This document shows, one piece after another, positions 13,971 through 26,739 of a stretch of DNA of 64,000 nt (position 1 is its first letter; every line of letters begins with the position of its first letter). The position numbers and the translations under genes are program-made. Under the pieces are notes generated by a model, which made no database searches, was not told the origin of the DNA, and worked only from the letters and a program-made list of their open reading frames with translations. This DNA comes from Peribolospora baueri (taxonomy: Eukaryota), in contig JAMDHS010000040.1 in assembly GCA_029717555.1 (NCBI GenBank), positions 1 through 64,000 of the forward strand. The letters run 5' to 3'.

Positions 13971-15154
13971 CTATGATCTGACCTCGAGCTCCTTCACCGG
14001 CTTTCCGTCCAAGAAGTTGGTGATGTTCTCCCCGGTCTCCCTCCAGAATCTTGCATAGCTGTCGTCGGAGACGAAGCCTGACGAATGGGAGCCAAGGGTG
14101 ATTCTGTAAGCAAATCGACTTGGAGCCAGCTCCGGCGGTCTCGAACGTACCCAGATGAGGGCTCAGAAGCACGTTGCCCAGCTTCCTCAATTCGTGGTCC
14201 TTTGGCAACGGCTCGACGTCGAACACGTCCAAAGCGGCCCCTCGAATCTTGCCTTCCTTGAGGGCACGCACGAGTGCCTGCTCATCCACGATGGGACCTC
14301 TGCTCGTGTTGACCTGGATGGCTCCGCGCTTCATGTCATCAAAGTCATTTCCGGACAATAGATGGGTGGTCGAAGGAGCGAGGACCATATGAACGGAGAC
14401 GATGTCGGCAGAGGAGAGCAGCGCGGACTTGGAAGGCGCGAACGACACACCGGCGGTGGCAGCACGTTCGGGCGTCAAGTTAGGCGACCAGGAGAGTACG
14501 TTCATACCGAAGGCTTGGGCAATCTAAACGAAGAAGAAGCGTAGCAGACCCAGTCCAAGAACTGGATTTTTGGTCCTCATCAGTCCCGAGGACAAAACCG
14601 GTCGCTGCTCGCGTCGGCCGGCGCTCGCTCGCTCGCTGGCCTTTGCCGTCATTTGCCCGAAATGGCCCAGGCCAACGAGGCCGAGCGTCTTGCCTCGGAG
14701 GCCCATAGGCACGCTCGCCTGCCAACGCTCGTCTCCGTTCTTCGCCCTCGCATCCTCACGGCCCACGTCCCTCGCGGCGCCCAAGATGAGAGCCCAAATG
14801 TGCTCGAGCGTGCTCGAGCCGTCCCCGTTCGTGCCGGCAACGGCGACGCCACGGTGTCTGGCCGCTCGAGCGTCGATGGCTCGATTGTAAGGGCCTGTGG
14901 TGGTCAGCAAACGCAGCTTCGGCAAGCGTTCCAAAAGCGACGCCGTGAACTTTGTACGCTCGCGCATCGAGCACACGATCGGGTACGACGCGAGTCGTGC
15001 GGCGAGCTCTGCTTCCGAGTGGAGCGTGTCCTCGAAGACGTCGACGGCGGCTACGCGAGGGTACGGTCCGGAAAGCAGGGCCGACCAGTCGGCCGACTTG
15101 AGCGCCACATGTTGGTAGTCGTGGCGATCCTGGTTCGTGCTCGACCGAGGACAT
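13971..15154 (-). CDS. D-isomer-specific 2-hydroxyacid dehydrogenase, with apparently disrupted 5' end (possible pseudogene)
   Basis: DYQHVA, MRERTKF, GKTLGLVGLGHFG, VNTSRGPIVDE, AALDVFDVEPLP, LLSPHLG. The ATG at 15154 is out of frame with the body and the first intron donor is GC. Confidence 0.8.
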
Positions 15155-15476
15155 GGTGGGCAAGGATGGTCGTCGTCTCCGGCACGCTCCCAGTTGCGTG
15201 ACCGACGGACGGACGACGACCGACAACAGCACGTGGACTTTACACTACACCACTTCGGTGACCCCGCGGCGCCCCATTCCTGCGTCGCATTCACATAATT
15301 TCGGTCATGGCTCAGGTCGGACTCAGAACCGAGTTCGATGGGAAATTCCGAGCGGGCCAGCAGCAACGCCTACAAGCGATATAACAGACAGAGATGGAGG
15401 GAGAAAAAAAAAGAAAGAAAGGAGGACCCGAATCGACTGACCGGCGACCGACGGTCGTCCGTCTCCGTTGAGATTT

Positions 15477-17648
15477 TCAGAGATGCGCCTTGACGCCGTT
15501 CCGTTTCTCCACCTCGGCCGTCTTGCGCGCCACGTCCTGGACGCGCTCGTGAAGCTCGCGGGCACGACGGAGCTCTACCTTTCCGATTTGTTGGATGTGT
15601 ACCTCGTCTGCGAAGAATACGTCCGGCAAGAGCGTGATGTGATGCAAGGGCGATGAGAGGAAAGAAGGAACTGGCCGACGCAGACGGACACGAGAAAATT
15701 TTGCTCACCGGGGCCATCGGCGTATCTGAGAGTGCGCAAGCCCGCCCAAGTAGGAGCGAGGAACGTATCCTGAGAGATGCCCTCGGCTCCGTGAGCTTGC
15801 ATGGAGCGGTCCAGGACGTCTAGCGCCATGTTGGGAGTGATGACCTGCGGCCGGAAGGAAGGGGAGTGCAAGTCGGTTAAGAAGAGGGTGGCCCGGCGCG
15901 GCATGCGATGGAACTCGACGCATCGACGCACCTTGGACATGCCAATGTCCTTGAGCGCGCCCTTCGCGCGTACCTTGTCAACCTGTGGAAGGGGCGAGCG
16001 GGGCACGAACATGACGAAAAAAAAAAGAGACAAACATAAGTTACCAGTTGGTAGGGTGCGGCGCTCGGGGCGGGGCCAAGCGGAGGACAGACGCACCATG
16101 TTGGCGGCTGAGAGCACCATCAAGCGTGCTTGGTCGATTTGCATCCTCGACTTTGCAATGTCGGCGACGATGGTGCCTGGTGACAAAGGGGCAGAGCGCG
16201 ATCAGACGGTAATGAAGTGAGCACAAACATCGTCAGCGACGCAGAGAGAAGACATGACCGCTCCACGGGCAAGTCGGGCAGGGCACGTCGAACATGGGCT
16301 ACGCACCGTGCTCGTAGAGCTGCTTGCCAAAAGTCCTGCGGACGGGGTCTGTGACTCGAGTGAGCATCTTGTCGAGCGCTCGCTCTGCGGCGCCGATGGA
16401 GCGCATGCTGGCAAGGGCGGAGGCGCGGGAGAGGGAAGAGATCGGGGGTGAGTCCATCCCACCGGGCCTTGCTTATCCCGTCACTCCATCTGCACCGCTC
16501 ACCAGTGATGGATCCTGCCGGGACCAAGTCTTCCCTGGATGACTTCGAAGCCCCTTCCCCAGCCGGCGATGAGGTTGCTCTCCGGCACGCGCACGTTGTC
16601 GTAGATGACCTCGCAATGACCTTCGGGCGCGTCGTCGTAGCCGAAGACCGTCATCGCCCTCACCACCTTGACGCCAGGCGTATCTGCGGGGACGAGAACG
16701 ATGGACTGGCGCTTGTGAGGGTTCGCGTTGTCCGGATCCGACTGGCCCATCACCAGGTGGATCTTGCAGCGCGGGTCGCCGGAGCCAGATATCCACCACT
16801 TGTGGCCGTTGACGATGATCGTCGAGCCTTCCTTGCGAATGGATAGCTTGATGTTCGTTGCGTCGGAGGAAGCGACGAAGCGCTCGGTCATGGAGAAGGC
16901 GCTGAAAGAGGGAGAGAAGAGAAGGCAACGCGGGAAGGGATGGAACGATCTGTCGGCGTTGTGCTCCGGCTTCTCTCTCGAAGAACCGAGTGAGAACTGT
17001 GACCCACGATCGGATCTTGCCGTCCATGAGCGGCTTGAGCCACTTGTCCTTCTGTGCTTGGGTGCCGTACCTGGCGAGCACCTCTGCGATGCGATGCGGG
17101 CGTCAGATTCGTCACAAGGAGACGAGACGAAAGGAGACACCAGCGCTCACCCATGTTCCCGGTATCAGGCGCAGAGCAGTTAAAGGCCTGAGGCCCGATA
17201 TGTCCGCACCGGCCCATGATCTCTGCCATGAGCGCATACTCGACGTTGGTGAGGTCGACGCCGACGTCGGGGTAATGGGCCTTGGAGAGGAAGAGGTTCC
17301 AGAGGCCTCTGGCCTTTGCCTTTGCCTTGAGCTCCTCCATGACGGGCACCACCGTCTGGAAGCGCTTCGACGGGTCGTCAGGGATCTGTGCATGGTAGGT
17401 CGACTCGGCGGGCATGCATTCGTTCTGTCAAGCGGGGACGAGGAAGGAAAGCAGGCGGAGAGGGAGGACGTCAGCGCGCGCCAGGGCCGTGAACAAACGT
17501 CGCTGTAAAGGGAACGCTCGCTCCCCCTCACCTCTACAAAGTCGCACACCTGCGCCAAAATGTCCTTGGCATGCGGCCTGACCTTGTCCTCGACTAAGGC
17601 CCACGTCGAAGGGGAGATGTACTTGGTGATCGGGTGTGGTTGGCTCAT
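15477..17648 (-). CDS. acyl-CoA dehydrogenase (ACAD10/11-like), probably peroxisomal
   Basis: [76 protein letters not shown]. Ends VKAHL*, a PTS1-type tripeptide. Confidence 0.93.
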
Positions 17649-18641
17649 GGTGTGGGTCTGATCTGATGTGGTCTGGGGGATCGACGGGACCGGGTCGGGA
17701 GAAGGAAGGCGTGCACAGAGGGGAGGAGGAGCGAGGTGTGGAAGGGGCCAAAAAGAAAAGAGGCTGCTCTGCTTTGCTTTTACAGCAAACCGTCCAGCTT
17801 GTCCGTCTTGTCCACGACCGCCGAGTGCGGGGGAACTGAAACTGCCCGTGCCCGACTCAGCGCCCGCCCGCCCGCCCGGCCTCCGCTCGGCCCGTCACCC
17901 GTGCCCATGCCGGTTGGGACGCGGGGAAAGGGAAGAACGCCCGGATAAACGTCGTGTCACGTGACGGGCAGCGTGGGATTACTAAGCCCGAAGTGTAACC
18001 ACCAACTACCACCACACGCTCGCTACAGTTCGAGCCCGCTGACCACCACCATCTTCGTAGTACCGAGAATGCGATGCGACGAGGACTGGAACAGGATGAT
18101 ATGATGGCACAGGACAGGATAGGATACCACAGGCTAGACTAGAACATGCGGTACGAGTGCCGTCCGACGAGCGGGCGTCTGTCCGTCAAAGCAAACAGCG
18201 AACGACAGCGACTGGTCCATGCAAATTCTCCTCCTCTTCAGTCCTTCTCGAGAGCGAGCGAGGAACAGGGGCAAGGGCGAAATTTTCCTACAGAGTCTTG
18301 CTTGGCCTGCATCTCGAGGCAGGCGGGATAGGACGTCCATCGCGTGCGAGTGCGATCGATGGATGGATGACGAACGAGGAAAATACGAGTCGAGACAAAA
18401 CAAGACGACATGAGACGAGACAATGGACGGGGAATACGAATACGCAGACAGATGGAGATCGCGGTGCAGACGGTATGGAGATCTTGTAATGAGAAAAAAA
18501 GACCGAAGACGGGCGTGAAGCGTGCGAACGACTCCAAAGGTGAAATGTCGGGGGCGAGAAAAGGAAGCGGAGCAAGAGGCGGACGGTCTCGAAGACGGCG
18601 GAGGGAGAGCTGGCCGGCGGTCACAGCCGCGACGCGACTTC

Positions 18642-21282
18642 TCATGGCTCCGTGCGGTTCCGTTGCCTGTCCAATCGCTTGTTGACCGCTCCCATGAGTG
18701 CCTGAGTACGCATGTGGAAACGGAACATAACGAGGTCAGCCAGCGGTCCTTCCCGACGTGGAAAGAAAAGCGAAAAACATGGACGGACCTTTACGATCAT
18801 ATTCGTATCCAGCACCATCCTGATCGAACGCCAAACGAGAGAGAGATAGACCGGGGAAAACTGCGAGTCAGTCGACGTGACGACAGAAGGAGCCGTGCGC
18901 GAGCAAGACGGACGCACCCCTTGTAAGGTGTAAAATCGACAATGTCGCGGATGTGGTACTGCGACGCCAGCGCGTCGTCCAGGTCCTGTAGCGCCTCGGT
19001 CGCCTCCTCGTCGTCTCCGACCTGCGACGGCACGGGGAAGTCACGCGGAAGTCGGAAGTAGGAGAGGAGAAAGAAAGCAGACAACGTCAGAATCTCTCCC
19101 ATCGACGCAGGCCATACCCCACCACACACCTACCTGTATGAACTGAATGCCCAACTGGCTCAAAGGAAAATTACCCCTATCGAGCCTCCTAGCCGCAGCG
19201 ACGATCACGCTCTCTGGGTCATCCGTCGCGACGCCGTCGGTGATGCAGATGATGTTCCGGTGCTTTGGCGCGCGACGGGTCCCCGCTTCGCCCCGTTCGT
19301 GGAGGTCTCGATAGACTTCGACTTCGTGGAGGTATTCGAGGAGAAGCTCTTCTAGGCGGGAGGCAGTAGGCGTCGTGCCGAAGGGCTTCGACGTGAAGGG
19401 GGATTCCGAGGTGAGCAAGCTGAGCAGAAAGGTTGACGGGGTGCGCTCGGCAGGAAGCAAATAGAAAAAAAAATGCAAAGAAGAAAACGAAAATGTCCCT
19501 CTCGATAATAACCGCCACCCCGACAAAAGCGGACGGGATCGGTCTTTCGGAGCAAAGAAGGGGTTCCGGTAGGTTGATCGGCTCAAGCAGCCGGCCGGAA
19601 CGCCGAACATTGAAGTATGACTCCGAGGTGTCGGGAAAGGAAAAAGGAAAACGAGCGGGCGGACGACTTACCTCGACCTCGGAAAACAGGCGTCTGACCT
19701 CGACCGGATCTCGACAACCTTGCAGATGCCTGGGGTCGTTCTGAAACGAGTGGGATGCGTTCAGCGGCGAGGGGGAATAGAATGAAACGAGTGGAGATGC
19801 CGCGAGAATAGAACGAAACGAGTAGGAATGCATCAGCGGCGAGCGAGAATAATACGAAACGGCGAGCACCCTTCCAACCCGCCACGGCCACCATCCAAAA
19901 AAAAAAAACCGCAAGCTCACCAAAAAATACACGTCGATGCCATCATCATCATACCTACTCGCAATATCGACCAACCCTGCCAAAGCGTCCCTCGCCTCTT
20001 CCCACCTACTCTTCTCAGCCATCGTACCATCTCGGAGTGTGTTGACGTTCATGCTCGCCGAGTCGTCGACGAGGAGGACGCAGTCGAAGGAACGGAGGAA
20101 TTCGAATTGGTTTTCGTGTCCTCTTCGAGCTGCTAAGGCCAGATCTGGGTCTGGAGGAAGGTTGCCGGAGGCGCCTGAAGACATGCGTCGCACCGATTCG
20201 GACACGGAGCCCGGCCGGCGGTGGTGTTGTTGTTGACGATGATGGGAGCTGGGAGGTGCTCCGCTGAGGCTGACGCGGCTGTGAGCGGACGTGGAGGTGT
20301 GCGGCCCGTCGTGGTAGGACGACGAAGGAGTCCTACCTGGACTTGCGCCGTAGACGTGCGCAGACTGTGCGGTCGAGCTGGACATGCTGGGAGTGCGCTG
20401 GTGGGCGTGCGAGTGCGAGTACGGGCCGGCGGACACGGGAGGAGGGCTCTGACTGAGCGGCTGGCCGTTGACGGTGGGTTGAGGCATGCCTGCACCGGCG
20501 CCGGAGGCGGACATGGAGATGGAGGTCCTGCTGGGGGGATGTACAGGCGGGGAGCTGTCCACCATCTCGTACGGCGGTGGCGGGGGAAGGCCGTCGAGGG
20601 CGGGGTCGCCGTTGGGGAATCTGGTGGACATGCTGGGTATGGGCAGAGGGAGTGCGGGCAAGGGGTGAGAGGAGGAGGAGGGGCGGGAGAAGGAGGGCGA
20701 AGGGGAATGAGAGTGGGAGGTGGAGAAAGAAGAGGAGGTGGAAGGGTCGGTGCTGAGGCCGGTCTTGTCGAGCACTTGTACGAAGATGGACGACAAGTCG
20801 AGCGTGTCGGCGACCTAGGGGAGGAGCGACGGGGTGCGACGACCGGCGTGAGCGACACGACACGACTCGACACAACTCGACACGACTCGACTCACCTCGT
20901 GGCTCACGTACCCTCTCTCAATGTCACGACGAAGGTTCTCGCCAGCGTCAAAGTGGCACCTTCTAATCTTCGCCAACACCTGTTCCCTAGAATGTCCCTT
21001 CCGCTGTTTCTCCCGTACGTACCTCTCGAGCACGTGGGCGCGTCCGAGTCTGTCGTCGAGGCTGAGGCCGCGGATGCCGAGGGCGTGGACGACGTCTTGG
21101 GCGACGAGATTGCGGTGTTCTGGGAGGATGTAGGCCGCGGCGGTCGCACCGGGTGCGCGGACGACGACGGGATAGGAGCCCGGTAGAGCGGGCGGCCCGG
21201 GCGGATCTGGGTGGCTGGTGTGGTGGAAGAGGTGGGGGAGGTGGTGGTGGTGTTTGTCGTGGTGGTGGTGGTGGGTGGACAT
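18642..21282 (-). CDS. von Willebrand factor A domain protein with His-rich and Pro/Ser-rich N-terminus
   Basis: MIDAS-type LLVDDSASM, RWEEARDAL, DDDGIDVYFL, GTTPT, CITDG, GIQFIQVGDD. First exon MSTHHHHH splices (GTGAGT..CTAG) in frame to the 19.9-20.8 kb exon. Confidence 0.85.
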
Positions 21283-22837
21283 GATGGGCGGAGTAAAAAG
21301 ACACGACGGGGTGACGCCGGGAATGCAAACGCGCTCACCCTCTCTCTGTGTCTCTCCGTCTTTCGGAGGGAAGAGGGGGACACGGGTGGACGGTGGTCGA
21401 AAGCTATGGACGGGTGTGGGCGAGCTGGAGGCGCCAAAATCCTTTTTTTGCAGCCTGGGACTTTATGTGACGGCGCCGGATGGCATGTGGTACGTTGTCC
21501 TCCTCCTCCTCCTCCTCTCTTTCTTTCTCTCTCTGTCTCGTCTCGCCTCGTTTCGGGCCTCCGTCGCTCCCCTCCCTCCCACTGGCCGCTGTCTGTCCTC
21601 TGCGCTCCGGGGACGGGATGGGCGGCGCAGGCGAGGCGTCGATCACGTTCAGTGCAGCCTCGCCGGCGTGGCTCGGGGTCCGTCTCGGGGCTCGGGCTCG
21701 GCCTCGACTCGACTCGCAAGGGCGGGAGGAAATAAAAGAAAATAGAGCAGAAGCGAAAACGGGTGTAGCTACATACGGACGGGGAATTGGCCGTCTATCT
21801 GTCGGCACGAGACGATTTGATTTGATTTGACGAGCCAGACCGCCACCCGACCGAGTTGCCGCGCGGAGAGGCGAGGCGAGGTGACGTCATGCCACGGTCG
21901 GGTCTATCTGTCTGTCTGTCTTGTCTGTGTCTGTCGGGTGGACGATAGCAAGCTGGTCCAATCCAACGGCCGCGCCGACTGTCCACCGCTCCTTTCGTGT
22001 TGGACGGAACGAGGACAACAACGACGACAAGGGGGCGATGATGCAGTCCGGTGCAAGCTGGCCGCGTCTTCGGCGAGCGAAGAGAGCACGCGCCGGGCAG
22101 ACCGCAGATCGCCCGCCGCACTGGGCACTGCCTTCGCTCGGCTCGTCCGAGGTGGAGCGTCGAGCGTCGTCGTCGCCGTCACCATCACCGTCATCGTCGC
22201 CGACATCTCAGCGGTCCATCGCCGCCAGTCGTAGACAACACCCTCGTCCTCCGCCACGTCGGGACGCCCGCGTCGCCGGACATGGACATGGACGCCCAGC
22301 CAGTCTTCCTTCTTCTTCCTCACTCCTATCCTTTCCTCGCCATTCCACACCCGTGTCGAAACGTGAGCAGAGCGCGTAATCCGCCCACGCCTTTCCATTT
22401 TGCCACGGGGCACGAAAAACCGTTTCTTCCTGCCTTTTCCCTCCGTTTTGAAGACCCGCTTCTTTCTCGTTTTTTCTTGCTGCTTTATCTTCCCTCCCCG
22501 TTGAAGACCGTTTCTTTCTTGTTTTTTCTTGCTGCTTTATCATCCCTCCCCGCTGAAGACCTGTTGAAGACCCTTTTCTCCTTGTTTTTCATCGTCCTTT
22601 ATCAGGACGAGGGAGGTGGATGTCGAGTGGATCACGAGTGGAACGTGACCCAACCAACGCAATCCGAATAGGCGATCGGCGCCGCAGCAAGTCCTTTGAC
22701 CATAGACACGAGCTTCGACGCGACCGGCGACGTCGATCAAAACACTCGCGATTACCCACCACCATAAAGCTGGCCGACCGACGACGACCTTCCCCCACGC
22801 TCACTCCGTCATGCCATCGTCGCAGCCGCTCGCTGCC

Positions 22838-25800
22838 ATGGATTCCAACGCCCTCGATCTCACCACCAACGGCTTGCCTAAGTCGTCCGCATCCAAGCAG
22901 GCGCCCAAGACGCTCCAGGAGGGTGGGAAGTATAATCCTGTGCAAGCTCCCAAAGTAAAGAGGTGCGTGTGCGGCCTTTCCCTCCTCGACTCGCGTTCCG
23001 CACCGGACCTGACGGACGGACGGTCGGACGGACGCTTCATAGGCTCGAAGGAGATGTCAATCACGCGAGCCTCCCTCGCGGTCAAGGTGTTCCACAGCTT
23101 CCAGCTCGGCGTCCGGTCCCCGTGCCGAGCCTGTCGACCCGCCCGGAGCTCTCCAACGGCCACCTCTATCCTCGCTTCCCCGGACCCCGTCCGGCCCCAC
23201 AACAGCATCCCTCGGCGGCCGGTCCCCAGCCATATCCGAGGGGTATGCAACAACCCCCTCGACGTCTGGACGGGGTGGAAGCGAGCACGATGAATATGCT
23301 CAGTCAGCTGGACGCGTGGAACCCGAGTCCATCTGGCCCGTCGCATCACAGCACAAGCGCCGCCGACTTGGCTCGCGCTGGCGCCTCTTCCTCCCGCCAG
23401 GGCGCGTTCGGCCGGCCGCCCAACAAAATCGGCGTGCCCTTGCCCTCCAGTGCAGCCCCGCGTCCGGTAGCACATCACGGACTCCCCTCCGGCCTTTATC
23501 CGCCCTCCTCTTCCCATCTCTCCTCCGCACCCTTCACCCCGCCCATGGACGAAGCGACCCTGATGAACGGCCCCCTCCCGGCGGCTATCGGGCCGTCCAT
23601 ATCCTCCGAAGAGTCTCAGCGCATGATCCGAGAACTGTGCGAGAGCCAGACGGATCTTGGCGATCTCGACGACGCGGACATGGTGGGGGTGCAGCCCGAC
23701 GGGATGGCTTGCAAGCTTCTCCCGCACCAGAGGCAGGGCGTGCATTGGATGAAGGGCCGAGAGAGGGGAAAGTACAGGGGCGGTATCCTGGCCGATGTGA
23801 GTGCATTGACCTGCCCGGCGCGCTCGGCTCACGAGACTGACTGAGCGAGCGCTCTTTCCGTCCCTTCATCGCTCTTGTTCCGCTCTCATCGGACACTCTC
23901 GTAGGACATGGGCCTGGGAAAGACGGTGCAAATGTTGACGCTCATCGTCTCCCGAACGCCCGCAAAGGTCGCCGCCGACCAAGAAGCTCATGCGGCCAAA
24001 GAGGCCGGCGTCGGCGTCGTGTCCCCCGAAGAGGCCGCGGCAAAGGCGAAAGCGCACGCGCGCAAGGTGGCGGGAAAGACGGCGACGGTGCATAGCATGT
24101 TCAAGGAGCACGAGGCGGCGTCGGTGGTGATGCTCGACGTGGATGAGCGCAAGGGTGCCAAAACGACGTTGATCATCGCTCCCCTCGGCGTGACGAAGCA
24201 ATGGGAGATGGAAGTCCGGGAAAAGACAGAGAAGAGGCTCGGCCTCAAGGTGTACTTGCACCATGGGCCGCGGAGGGCGGAGAGTGAGTCTGTCGGTCGG
24301 TCGGCCCACTGTCCGTTCGTCCGTCCGTCCACTCGTGCATCAGTTGATTCACGCGCCCTCGCCCGCCTCGATTTCCTCCCCACTCACAGCCGCAGCCGAT
24401 CTCATGAAATACGACGTGGTGGTGAGTGCCGTCTCGCTGGCCTGGCCCGGGGGACATACATGACCGTAACCGACGCGCTTCCCCCTTCCTTGCAGATCAC
24501 CACCTACCCCACCGTTCAAGCTGAATTCGCCGCGTTCTCCTTGGGGCGGCAAAAGAAGGGTGGCGACGGGTCGTCGGACAGCGAGTCCGACGTGCCCCGG
24601 AAGAATACGCCCAAGGCGCCCAAGAGCGCGAAGAAGGGCGGCAAGCCGTCCGCTCTCTTCGACCGGGATACCGTGTTTTGGAGGATCGTCCTCGGTGAGC
24701 TGGGGAGTGGAAGGCAAGGTGTTTGCAGCATGTCGATTGACTTTCCGCCATCTCCGCCACCAGACGAGGCTCAAAACATCAAGAACCACCGCGCGAAGAG
24801 CAGTGTCGCTTGCGCCGCTCTCCGTTCCACGTTCCGATGGTGTCTGACCGGTACGCCGATCCAGTGCGTGTCCGCCGAAGAAGAAACCTGTAGAAGCCGT
24901 GTGCGGTCATCGTCGTCGTCGTCGTCCTCCTCACCCGAGCCGGTCTACTCCATCGTGTCGCAGGAACAACGTCGACGAGTTCTACAGCCTCCTGCGCTTC
25001 CTCCAGATCAGGCCCTTTGACAACCACACCGAATTCAAGGAAAAGATCGGCCAGCCGCTGGCGAGCGGGAACCAGCGGAAGGCGGAGTGGGCCATAAAGC
25101 GGTTGCATGGTCAGTCCCGAAGCTTCCTTCCCCGTTTTCGCGTCGACTCGGCGCTGACGAAGCACGCGTCGTGGCCGTCCCCCGCCATCTCGGTCAGTCG
25201 TGCTCAAGGCGACGATGCTCCGCCGGACGAAAGACGGCAAGCTGGACGACGGTAAGCCGATCATCAGCCTACCCAAACGGGAAGTGGAGATTGTCAGCAC
25301 CGAGTTCGACGACCCGGACGAGAAGGCTTTCTACACGGCGCTCGAGAAAAAGGTGCAGGTCAGCTTGAACAAGTTTGTCAAGCAGGGCGGCGGCGTGAAC
25401 TATACGAGCGTGCTGTTGTTGCTCCTCAGGTTGAGGCAGGGTGAGTGGGCGCTCGACGGTCGGCCAGGTCGACGTCCGATCAACTATTTTTTTTTCCTTC
25501 CCTTCACGACCCTTCGCACGCACGCAGCCTGCGATCACCCGGCCTTGGTCGCACGCTCCTTTGCGACCGAAGCCTCGGCCATCGAATCGGGCCCGTCGCC
25601 ATCGTCGTCGTCGTCGTCGTCGACGAAAAACAAGTCCTCCAAATCGGCCGCCACGTCGACGTCAACGATGGCGGAGTCGGACTCGGAGGAGGAAGACGAG
25701 GTGCTCTCCCAGCTGACCAAAGGTCTCGGCGGGCTCAGCGTCTCCATGCGCCGGTGCGAGCTGTGCGGCGAAGGGTTGCCCGCCGTCGCCGGCGCAGGAG

Positions 25801-26739
25801 AAGACGAGCGCGGCGGCGGCGGCGGTGGCGAGCGGGACAAGTACTGTGCGACGTGCGGCGCGGACGGGCCTGTGGGCAAGGGGGACGGACGGGTGGAGGG
25901 GAGGGAGCATTGCTCGACCAAGATTCGGAACATGATCAAGATCTTGGACGACGTGAAAAGGGCAGGGAGGGGGGACAAGACGATCGTGTTCTCGCAGGTG
26001 CGGTTCCTTTCTCTTCCATGGAGATGACCGTCCAGTGTGGACGTCGTCGAGTTCATTTTATTTCGTTTATCCTTCGTGGGACAGTTCACGTCGATGCTCG
26101 ACCTGGTGGAGCCGTGGCTGGTGCAGAACAAGTTCAAGTTTGTGCGGTATGACGGGCAGATGGCTAACAAGAAGCGAGAGGAGAGTCTGCAGAGGATCAG
26201 GAACGACGCGGAGACGACGGTCATCCTCATCTCCTTCCGATCTGGTTCGGTCGGGCTCAACTTGACGTCCTGCAACCATGTCGTGCTTTTGGATCTCTGG
26301 TGGAATCCCGCTGTGAGTTCGACGGTGTGGCCGTGGTACCTATCCAAGTGTGCGCCGCAGCAGGAATGTTAACAGACCGTGGGTGCGTATCGGCACAGCT
26401 GGAAGACCAAGCGTTCGACCGGGCGCACCGACTGGGACAGGTGAAGGACGTCAAGATCTACAAGCTGACCATCGAGGGCACCGTCGAGCAACGCATCCTC
26501 GAGCTGCAGCAGAAGAAGCGAGAGCTGGCTCGATCGGCGCTGGAGGGGACCAAGTGCGTCATTGGATTCGGATTTCTTTCGTACACCGTTTCGCCTCGTC
26601 GTCGACGACGTTTACGTCATCCTGACCTGCATCGTTTTGCCTCCCTCGCCTCGGGTCGTCCGATCGCAGGCTGGGCAAGAACGCGAACAAGCTGTCGATG
26701 GCCGACATCAACGCGCTCTTCGCTCGAGAACAGCAGTGA
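22838..26739 (+). CDS. SNF2-family DNA translocase (RAD5/RAD16/ULS1-like)
   Basis: GGILADDMGLGKT, LDEAQNIKN, WCLTGTPIQN, MLRRTK, LLRLRQACDHP, IVFSQFT, GLNLTSCNHV, WWNPALEDQAFDRAHRLGQ. Confidence 0.92.
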
